Below, one piece after another: positions 1-8,584 of a stretch of 64,000 bases of DNA. The notes beneath the pieces are model-generated. The model had not been told where the DNA came from. It searched no databases and saw nothing but the letters and a program-made list of their open reading frames with translations. Positions within the stretch are counted from its first letter, which is position 1. Each line of letters starts with the position of its first letter. Source of the stretch: Hamiltosporidium tvaerminnensis FI-OER-3-3. Its lineage: Eukaryota; Fungi; Microsporidia. The DNA lies in contig CM061249.1 of NCBI GenBank assembly GCA_022605425.2, positions 930,001-994,000 on the forward strand, in the 5' to 3' direction. The translations under genes and the position numbers were made by a program.

Positions 1-790
1 ATGAAGTGTTTGATGCTTACACCTACTTCTTCTAAATAGATATAAGTTTAAGTCTTCAAAACGAATAAAGAGCCACTCAGTTCAAGAAATTCTTGATAAA
101 GAATATGCAGAGATAAGAGTGGACACTAGAATAAAAACTGATGTTAAAATTGGGAATAACAGACCCGACATATTTATTTTAGATAAGAAGAAGAATAAAA
201 TAACACTCACTGAAGTAGGAATTACTTCCCAAGATTCACTTCAAATAGTTGAAACTGAAAAACTTAGAAAGTATGACCTGCTAGCCAATGAGTTGGGCCT
301 TATTTATAAGTGTAGTGTTGAGATAATCCCTTATGTTATGACCTGGGACGGTATTGTGACAAAATACCATAAATCTCATCTTAAAAGACTAGAAATACCC
401 ATGAATGTAGAGGCATACATTCAGTCTATATTATTTAAGAAGACAGTCAAAACAATTTCCTTTGATCGACGAAGAGAGCTTGAGTCAAGACTAAATGCCG
501 AAGAGAGCTGGGAGAGAGCGTCAGTGGATGTTATTATGAGAGCAGAGATGCATGAGGAACCAACACTTTTTTTAAAAGAAGAAAAGAGAGAGGAAGATGG
601 TGCAAAAAAATTTCTAAGCGAAAAATAAAGCACCCCTTATTTCACAAGAAGGAACCACTTTAGAGGAACCGACCAATCACATAAATGAAGAGTCGGATTT
701 GAAAGAAGCGACAGTGGTGGTAAAAGAGGTAGAAGAAAACATATAAAAATGTCAAAAATATTTTAACCCATAATTTTATTAAATAAAATA
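1..790 (+). mobile_element. 3' end of a degenerate RLE-type (R4/Dong-like) non-LTR retrotransposon; restriction-like endonuclease domain
   Basis: ORF 119..628 contains RPDIFILD...EVGI...EKLRKYDLLA (PD-(D/E)xK RLE core) and PYVMTWDG. There is an in-frame TGA at 11-13 and a frameshift after 628. An A-rich tail follows near 780-790. Confidence 0.85.
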
Positions 791-833
791 AATATTGAAA
801 AACTTTATTTAAAAGTATCCCATCTTTTTAAAA

Positions 834-1530
834 TAGTGGCAAGTGTTATATTTGTTTTCATGGCATTAACGCAGTTCGAGGTTTAACATAAATAACTATT
901 CTTTAATATCTCATCGGTACCCCTTGCGATACCTACGTCCCAAAGCCTTTCATCTACCGGGTGTGTAGAACCTAATTACTAGGCGAGGCAGTTGCCCAGA
1001 GTGGTTAATATCAGTTGCATGGAGTGTGATCGAAGGCCAAAGCCCCCCTTGGCTCCCCCGAGACTATGCAGAATTCCCACTTACTCTACACTTTCTGAAC
1101 CCAATAAACTTCTAGCTACGATAAATTTCAGAGACTTACATGGGGTCCACCTAGACAGTGCAATGTCATACCAATATATATAAAATTTCATCTAGCTCGC
1201 CCGGCTTTTAATGGTTTTTATTTTTATATCTCCCAGGCGCTAAGTCTTCTAACCCGAGTGAGCAAGGATAGGTTTCCATGTTTTTACATAGAAATTACCT
1301 ACATGTTCAGCTGCAGTCTGCAATCTGGGTACATAAAAAACTACAAATAAATTCGTAGAAAAAGTTTTTCCATTTCTTAAACCTCTCCTCTTCATAACAA
1401 CAACCATAGAACAACCGAAGGTGTAGCTTGGTTGTATTCCCACTAAAAATCCAAACAATGATCTTCACACCAGATTCACACACTCATTGCCAAGCAGAAA
1501 GTTTTTTATGTGGTTATCCTACCTCCACTA
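834..1530 (-). repeat. Dispersed ~690-bp non-coding element, copy 1 (MITE-like)
   Basis: Its reverse complement aligns along its whole length with 16710..17400 (e.g. GCGCTAAGTCTTCTAACCCGA matching TCGGGTTAGAAAACTTAGCGC). The ends read TAGTGG...CCACTA. Confidence 0.75.
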
Positions 1531-1700
1531 ATTTTACTTTAAATATTAAGAATATAAATTATAAGATCTTAGGTCATAAGTAATATAAATCATTATTTCG
1601 ACGAATTTACTTTAAATATTAAGAATATAATTATAATATATTAGTTAATAAGTAATATAAATCATTATTAAGACTTATTTTTATATATAATTCATTAATA

Positions 1701-2085
1701 CTAGAGATATAGAAGAATAAAGATATAAGAGAATATAAGAATATTAAGAAGAATATAAGAATAATAATACTAGAGATATGGAAGAACAGAAATAGTAAAA
1801 TATTAGAATAAAGATATAAGAGAATATAAGAATATTAAGAAGAATATAAGAATAATAATACTAGAGATATGGAAGAACAGAAATAGTAAAATACTAGAAT
1901 AATGATATAAGAGGATATAAGAATATTAAGAAGAATATAAGAATAATAATACTTGAGATATGGAAGAACAGAAATAGTAAAATACTAGAATAATGATATA
2001 AGAGGATATAAGAATATTAAGAAGAATATAAGAATAATAATACTTGAGATATGGAAGAACAGAAATAGTAAAATACTAGAAGAAT
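1701..2085. repeat. 91-bp tandem repeat (about 3.5 units plus a shorter first unit)
   Basis: CT(A/T)GAGATATGGAAGAACAGAAATAGTAAAA recurs at 1770, 1861, 1952 and 2043, with a 69-bp variant at 1701. Confidence 0.9.
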
Positions 2086-2159
2086 AGAAAGAATATTTAA
2101 ATTAAAATTTTTATTTCAAATAAAACATCTCCTAAACAAAAATACTAAAAATAATATTC

Positions 2160-2545
2160 TTAGTGTTAATTATAAGTATAATATACGAGGGTGTTAATAA
2201 CACTACACTTATAATATCCTTATAAATAACACCCTCTTATAATATCGTTATCATTAACACCCTCTTAATTACTACTACTATCATTAACACCTCCTTATAT
2301 TATTCTTATCATTAACACTACTCTTCTATTATCCTTATCATTAACACCCTATTATATTATCCTTATCATTAACACCCTCTTATATTATCCTTATAATTAA
2401 CACCCTTTTCTTCTATCCTATAATTAAAACCCTATTATATTATCCTTATAAATAACACCCTCTTATATCATCCTATAATTAACATCCTCTTAATTACTAG
2501 TACTATAATTAACACCACTCCATACCCTAACACCCTAATACCCCC
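2160..2545. repeat. ~30-bp minisatellite (ATTAACACCCTCTTATATTATCCTT-type), a short G-arm then a long C-arm
   Basis: GGGTGTTAAT near 2189 is followed by about ten TAACACC-type units. CCCTAA occurs near 2525-2540. Confidence 0.85.
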
Positions 2546-2656
2546 TTATGCAAATATAGGCATAAACCTGTTACCAAACATAACATACACACTAACACCC
2601 TAATACCCCCTTATGCAAATATAGGCATAAACCTGTTACCAAACATAACATACACA
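2527..2656. repeat. 65-bp direct tandem duplication including the helicase stop codon
   Basis: CTAACACCCTAATACCCCCTTATGCAAATATAGGCATAAACCTGTTACCAAACATAACATACACA occurs at 2527-2591 and 2592-2656. Confidence 0.95.
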
Positions 2657-5600
2657 TTATAAACCCTTTTTCTTACACTCTCACTAACACCATACACTTC
2701 CATAACCTTTAACAAAGAATCTAAAAAATTATAAAAAATATTTAAACTACAAAATAATTCTTTAACCTTAACACAATTAACACTCTCTAAGTCATTAATT
2801 CTTCCATGTAAAAAGAAATCTAAAATATAAGAATTCTTATAACTTTCTAAGTAATTAACATAGAAAAAAGAGGAATATTTCTTTAAGGATAGAGTTTTAG
2901 AATAATTGTTGTTAGTGTTAAGGTTGTTAGTATATGTAGTATAGTTGTTAGTATAGTTGTTAGTATAGTTGTTAGTATAGTTGTTAGTATAGTTGTTAGT
3001 ATAGTTGTTAGTATAGTTGTTGTTAGTATAAGTAGTATAAGTAGTATTAGTATTACTACTAGTATTACCTATATTACTAGTATTACTTATATTACTATCA
3101 CTACTACCACCCACATCACTATCACTCCCACTACCACCCACACCACTATCACTCCCACCACTATCACCCCCACACCCACTACCATGCCTCTCTAGAAATA
3201 ACACCTCTTTAGAATATAAAAATCTACTTTCTTTTAAATACTTCTTATTTATATTTTTACACATTTTAAATATTTTATTATTTAAGTTGGGAAGTGTAAA
3301 GGATGTTTTAAAAGGTAAAGGTTTTACTTGTATGAAATTACAAAGTAAGGAAATAAAGGGTATTGGTTCTAAGTCAATTAAAGGGTTAAATGCATTACTG
3401 TTAATTATATAAATAATAAGAAATATAGAAGTATCACAAGAGATATTAGAGATAACAAGGTCAGAGAGGGAAGTGAGGTATATATTGTTGTGGGTAGTAT
3501 TGTTAAGGGGGTGTTGTTTATTAGTAGTATTACTAAGAGGGTGTTGTTTAGAGGTATTACTAAGAGGGTGTTTATTAGAGGTAGTGTTAAGAGGGTGTTT
3601 ATTAGTAGTATTAGTACTTTTGTTAACACCTTGTTGTTCATAAGGTCTATTATTAACACCCTTATAATTACTACTACCCTTATTAACACCCTCTAAAATA
3701 CCCTTATCAATATCACCCTCTAAAATACCTTTATCTTTACTATTATCTAATACCCCTTTTATTACTTCATTTATCATATTATCTAACCCTTTACCTTCTA
3801 TAAACTTATACTTCAATAAATTATAATACATTCTCCTTATTAACACCTCTCTAACAGACATATTATTGTTATTATTAGTTATAGTGTTATTAGTGTTATC
3901 TAGTATATTCTTATTCTCTAACCCATTCTCTTTACCCCCTAACCCATTCTCTTTACCCTCTAACCCATTCTCTTTACCCTTATCCAATCCACTCTCCAAT
4001 CCACTCTCCAATCCACTCTCCAATCCACTCTCTAATAAATTACTATCACCCCCTACCACACCCACCATATCAAACAATGGATACTTAAATAGTGAAATAA
4101 GATACTCCTTATTAAAACATAATAAAGAACTATTAATAAAAGAATAAGACCCTTTAAGATCAGGTACCTTACTAACCATTAAATTTTGTATTTTTCTTTT
4201 ACTAACCCCTAAAAATATAACATGTCCCAACGTATCAAACCCTCTACGCCCTGCTCTTCCAGCCATTTGTCTATAATTTAAAGAATCTAAATATAAACTA
4301 TCACCAGCAAATATAACACTACGACATGGCATATTAATACCTAAAGATAAAGTATCAGTAGAAAATACAACATTTAAATGTTTAGTTCTAAAAAGTATTT
4401 CTACTAATTCTCTATACTTCTTATTCATACCATTATGATGTATACCTATACCTCTACTAAGTATTTCTAAATACGTTTTATCTATACTTTTACCTCTTAC
4501 TACTTCTTTTATCTGTTCTTCTAATTCATAATCACTTAATTTATTTATAGGATTTAAAAAACAATATTTTATATTTCTTTTTTCTTCTAATATTTCTATA
4601 TTCTCTTCTTCTTTTATACTTTCTTCTTTCCAATCTTCTTCTTTTTTCTTTTCATCTCTGTTTCTTTTCATTTCTTTTAATAATTTTTCTCTTTTTTTTA
4701 TTTCTATTTTATTTATATTTTCTGATAATTCCATTTTTTCTAAAGAATTTAAAACTTTTAAAGCTAATTTGTTACAAATAGATCTATCAGTGTTAAATAC
4801 AATACAAGGTAAAAGGTTTTGTTCTTTAAGAGTATTGAGTAAGGGGAGTATATTATCAAGGAGGTAGTCAGTAGTAAGGGTGGTGGTAGTGTGGGTGGTG
4901 GTAGTGTGGGTGGTGTGGGTGTTGTTGTGTGTGTTGTTAGTGTAGGTGTTGTTGTTATTAGTATTATTGTTAGTAGTACTGTTATTAGTATTGTTAGTAC
5001 TATCTTTATCCTTATTACTAATATCCTTATTACTATCATTACTTATATCCTCTTCCTTACTAATATCCTCTTCCTTACTTATACCCTCTTCCTTACTTAT
5101 ATCCTCTTCCTTACTTATATCCTCTTCCTTACTATTATCCCCATTACCACCATCCTCATTACCACCCTCATTACCACCCCCCTCCCCCTCACCCTCATTA
5201 CCACCACCACCAATACCAAATCCCCTTTCTATATCCCCTATGATATAAGAATACATTTCATTTACCTGTTGATATTCTAAAATATTATTTCGAATCCAAT
5301 AAAATATTTTTTCCAATAAAAAACTTTCAAATTCTTTAACATCTTTTTTACTTAAAATATTACTTTTAAAGAATTTAGAAGGTTTTAATTCTTTAATTAA
5401 ATATTTCTGTTCTTTTTTAAGAACAGCATATACAGAATAATAAATATTAAGTAAATCTTCTGGTAAAAAATTTAAATCTGTATTTATTTTACCATGTAAT
5501 TTTATATATGAAACTGAATATGCAAATAAAGGGTTTATAGGTATTAAAGAATTATTAAAAATGTACATTTTTAAATCACAATATCTTTCTTTATGAATTA

Positions 5601-7464
5601 CTAAATTACATTTTCTATTTTTTAAATTTTCTATATTTTTTATCCAATTATAAAAATTATTTAAATTACCTATTGTAGCACTTAAAACTAGAAGAGGACA
5701 TGGAGATAAATGTATTATTCTTTCTATGTGTATTCCCATTTCTTCTGAACTTATTTTATGTATTTCATCTATAATTATATATTTTAAATTTTTTATATAA
5801 TTTTGAGGTGGAGATTTTAATAGGGATTCTAACATAGAAGGTACTGTGATAAGTACTTGGCAATTGTAAGGGTCTATTTGGTAATCTTTCATAAGGATAC
5901 CTTGTAAAACCATATTTTTTTTTGAGTAAACTTTTGTAACGAATCTAGCGTATACGTCTGCAGCTACTTGGTTTACTAAGGCTTTAGTAGGAAGACAGAA
6001 TATTACAATTCCTTCGTCTGATTCTCTAAGTACTTTTTCTATAGCGTAAAAACATATAAATGTTTTTCCTGAAGAGGTAGGAGCAGATACTACAGCACTT
6101 CTGTTTTCATCTACTAGATTAAGAAGGTCTACTTGCCATTTGTCTGGTTCAAAAAGTACTCTTTTGTCTTTTACAGAATCTAAAGTTCTTTTGAGTTTGT
6201 CTCCTGCAAATTTTAATTGGAAATAAATATCTAAATCGTTGGGTTTTTTAGATATTTTTTGAGAAGTGAAGGTAAGATTAAGTGACAAATTATATTTATG
6301 AAGAAGTTCTATAGTTGAAGATTCAAATGAAGAATCTATTAAATTATATTTATGAAGAAGTTCTAAAGCAGTAGATTCAAATCCACAATCAATTAGTTTT
6401 TGAAATACGAATTCCATTTCTAAATTAGAAATATTTTTAAATTTTTCAGGATCAGAAATAAATCTGTCAATAAAATTTAAACAGTTTAAATAACAAGGAA
6501 TTAAAACCTTTTCGTTTATTTCTTCTTTTCTTTTTTCTAAAGACCAAAGATCAAAGTAAAATTCTATTTTAAGTAAAATTATTTTTTTTACTACTGAATC
6601 ACTAAAACCACCTTCCATAAAATTTTCTAAATAAATTTTTTTACTTTCAGTGTCTAAATTAAGGTATTTAGCATGGAAGGATTTTAAAAAAATTAATTCT
6701 TTTTTTCTTTTTTCTGTTTCTAATTTTTTTTCATTTTCTTTTATAAATTGAATTTGTTTTTTTGATTTTTTTTCTGGTTTTTCGTTTTGTTTTGAAAGTC
6801 TTTTTATGGGGTTATAAAGTAATTTACCACCGAAAAGAGACATGGCTGCTTTTTTTAAGTGTTGACTGTAATACTGAGTGTTTTTTCTTGGTCTGTCATC
6901 TCTTTTGGTTATTGAAAGTTCTAATGAGTTTTTTACAGAAGGAACAGCTGGTATAATCAGAGTATCAACATAGAGATCATCTATGGTATTAGTAGGGATG
7001 GTATTAGTAGTGTTAGTGTTAGTAGTGATAGTGTTAGTAGTAGTTTTAGTAGGGATGGTGTTAGTAGAAGTATTGTTAGTAGTAGTAGTGTTATTAGAAG
7101 TATAACCACCAGTATTACCAATGTTATAACCATCAATATAACCACCAATATAACCATCAGCATCAGTATTACCATCAGTGTTATTAAAACTTGTATAGCT
7201 CTTATTTATATTTTCTTTATCATACTCTTCTTCTGGAATAGAATCATTTACAAGTATTCTACCGTCAAATATAAAATCTTCTTTTTCTTTTATTTCTTTT
7301 CTAACTGCCATACAAAGACTTTCAGAAATTTGTTTTTGTGTGGATTTAAAATAAGAAAAATTACTAAGATTTTCTTCACAAATAAATTTAATTTTTTCTA
7401 AATTAAAATTTTTATTTTGTTTGAATATTTCCTCTTCAATTTCTAAAAAAGAAATTTTATTTTT
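2611..7464 (-). CDS. DDX60-like (Ski2-family) DExH-box RNA helicase, main part. The frame is open upstream of the annotated ATG (7311) to 7464.
   Basis: Motifs are FEPDKWQ, APTSSGKT (I), PTKALVNQ (Ia), DEIH (II), SAT (III), GIGIHHNGM, LSLGINMPCRSV (V) and QMAGRAGRRGFD (VI). These closely resemble the DDX60 subfamily. There are five long low-complexity inserts. Confidence 0.92.
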   Translation of the reverse strand, partial: KNKISFLEIEEEIFKQNKNFNLEKIKFICEENLSNFSYFKSTQKQISESLCMAVRKEIKEKEDFIFDGRILVNDSIPEEEYDKENINKSYTSFNNTDGNTDADGYIGGYIDGYNIGNTGGYTSNNTTTTNNTSTNTIPTKTTTNTITTNTNTTNTIPTNTIDDLYVDTLIIPAVPSVKNSLELSITKRDDRPRKNTQYYSQHLKKAAMSLFGGKLLYNPIKRLSKQNEKPEKKSKKQIQFIKENEKKLETEKRKKELIFLKSFHAKYLNLDTESKKIYLENFMEGGFSDSVVKKIILLKIEFYFDLWSLEKRKEEINEKVLIPCYLNCLNFIDRFISDPEKFKNISNLEMEFVFQKLIDCGFESTALELLHKYNLIDSSFESSTIELLHKYNLSLNLTFTSQKISKKPNDLDIYFQLKFAGDKLKRTLDSVKDKRVLFEPDKWQVDLLNLVDENRSAVVSAPTSSGKTFICFYAIEKVLRESDEGIVIFCLPTKALVNQVAADVYARFVTKVYSKKNMVLQGILMKDYQIDPYNCQVLITVPSMLESLLKSPPQNYIKNLKYIIIDEIHKISSEEMGIHIERIIHLSPCPLLVLSATIGNLNNFYNWIKNIENLKNRKCNLVIHKERYCDLKMYIFNNSLIPINPLFAYSVSYIKLHGKINTDLNFLPEDLLNIYYSVYAVLKKEQKYLIKELKPSKFFKSNILSKKDVKEFESFLLEKIFYWIRNNILEYQQVNEMYSYIIGDIERGFGIGGGGNEGEGEGGGNEGGNEDGGNGDNSKEEDISKEEDISKEEGISKEEDISKEEDISNDSNKDISNKDKDSTNNTNNSTTNNNTNNNNTYTNNTHNNTHTTHTTTTHTTTTLTTDYLLDNILPLLNTLKEQNLLPCIVFNTDRSICNKLALKVLNSLEKMELSENINKIEIKKREKLLKEMKRNRDEKKKEEDWKEESIKEEENIEILEEKRNIKYCFLNPINKLSDYELEEQIKEVVRGKSIDKTYLEILSRGIGIHHNGMNKKYRELVEILFRTKHLNVVFSTDTLSLGINMPCRSVIFAGDSLYLDSLNYRQMAGRAGRRGFDTLGHVIFLGVSKRKIQNLMVSKVPDLKGSYSFINSSLLCFNKEYLISLFKYPLFDMVGVVGGDSNLLESGLESGLESGLESGLDKGKENGLEGKENGLGGKENGLENKNILDNTNNTITNNNNNMSVREVLIRRMYYNLLKYKFIEGKGLDNMINEVIKGVLDNSKDKGILEGDIDKGILEGVNKGSSNYKGVNNRPYEQQGVNKSTNTTNKHPLNTTSNKHPLSNTSKQHPLSNTTNKQHPLNNTTHNNIYLTSLSDLVISNISCDTSIFLIIYIINSNAFNPLIDLEPIPFISLLCNFIQVKPLPFKTSFTLPNLNNKIFKMCKNINKKYLKESRFLYSKEVLFLERHGSGCGGDSGGSDSGVGGSGSDSDVGGSSDSNISNTSNIGNTSSNTNTTYTTYTNNNYTNNYTNNYTNNYTNNYTNNYTNNYTTYTNNLNTNNNYSKTLSLKKYSSFFYVNYLESYKNSYILDFFLHGRINDLESVNCVKVKELFCSLNIFYNFLDSLLKVMEVYGVSESVRKRVYNVYVMFGNRFMPIFA

Positions 7465-8015
7465 TTATTTTCTTTTTTAAAAAATTTTAAAATAAAATTT
7501 GTTTTAAACGGTCTGTAAACAAAAAGACTTACGGATGATACTTTAAATTCCATATTTATCATAAGACCTGTATATATATCAATATTAAGACAATGTTTAA
7601 GATAATTTAAAGAAGAAATGTCTGTGTCTGTTAGTGTTAAGGCTACTCTTTGTTCAGAAAGAAAATCTGTAAAATCTTTGAAAAATATTTCATGCATTTT
7701 TAGTTTTTTATTTTTTTTTATAATTTTTTTTGTAAATTCTTTTATGCATTCAATGTAAATATCTTCTGTTTCGTCTAAAAAGAAAATAACTGTAATGTCA
7801 GTAAAATTTGCTTGAAAAAGATTTTCAAATAAAATTTTTAAGGCGTGTTTGTATGTTAGAAGAGGAAGGTGGGTGTATGTAAGGGAGTATTGGTTTTTGA
7901 TGTGGTGTATAAGTGATTCACCTTTTATCAGTAGTGTTCCCATTCCTGGAAAGTGTGAACTGACTTCTGTAAACGTTGGAATATTTTTTTGGAAGAAATT
8001 ATTTTCATCTGTCAT
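7443..8015 (-). CDS. N-terminal portion of the same DDX60-like gene (frameshifted); likely start MTDENN at 8015
   Basis: LLIKGESLIHH...LFENLFQANFTDITVIFF resembles the DDX60 N-terminal 'LIDGDSLL...IVFF' region. It overlaps the main frame at 7443-7464, and one extra A in the A7 run (7460-7466) would fuse the two. CCC precedes the ATG at 8015. Confidence 0.75.
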   Translation of the reverse strand: MTDENNFFQKNIPTFTEVSSHFPGMGTLLIKGESLIHHIKNQYSLTYTHLPLLTYKHALKILFENLFQANFTDITVIFFLDETEDIYIECIKEFTKKIIKKNKKLKMHEIFFKDFTDFLSEQRVALTLTDTDISSLNYLKHCLNIDIYTGLMINMEFKVSSVSLFVYRPFKTNFILKFFKKENKKIKFLF

Positions 8016-8584
8016 TTTTATGGGTGAAAAATAGAAATTTTTATTCATTTTTTTGAAACAAAAATATTGAGATTTTTATTTTTAGGAAGGAAAAAAACTT
8101 AATTTTGAAAACGGATTTATTTTTAAAACAAATAAAAGGAAAATATTGAGATTTTTATTTTTAGGAAAACGGATGTAAAAAAATGATTGGAGACAAACAA
8201 ATACAAATAAAAGGAAAATATATATTTGAAGGAAAACGGATGTAAAAAATAATTTTTGAGAAGGAATTTATTGAAAATACAAAGGTTTTAAAGAAATTTA
8301 AAATCTACAAAATTTAAAATCTACAAAGATTTATAAAAATAATTAAAACTTTATTTCTTATTTATTTCATTGTATTATAAATTACTAAAAGATTCCTGGT
8401 TAAAGGTGCTTTCTTTATCTTTAAAAACATATCCTTCTCTTTCTCGGATTATTTGCTTTATTCAAGCTTATTTGCCGTTCTTCTGTTATGTTTACGCGTT
8501 ATAATATAAAAAGTAAAACATTTTTTTTATTTAATAGATAAAAGAATATAAAAGAAAATATGGTATTTTAAGTATTCTAGTGTA

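Noticed and set aside
1701-2545. CRISPR-like appearance of regularly spaced repeats
   Set aside because: The units are tandem with no unique spacers, there are no cas genes, and the context is eukaryotic.
3405-7175. Hydrophobic short ORFs overlapping the helicase (e.g. 4891..5280, 4946..5248, 3866..4147)
   Set aside because: They are alternative-frame or antisense by-products of the low-complexity inserts.
7513-7532. GTAAGT...TTTACAG 20-nt intron-like sequence as an explanation for the helicase frameshift
   Set aside because: Splicing it enters the helicase frame upstream of the TAA at 7465-7467. Using the TAG at 7443 as acceptor gives the wrong phase. The segment also looks like conserved coding sequence.
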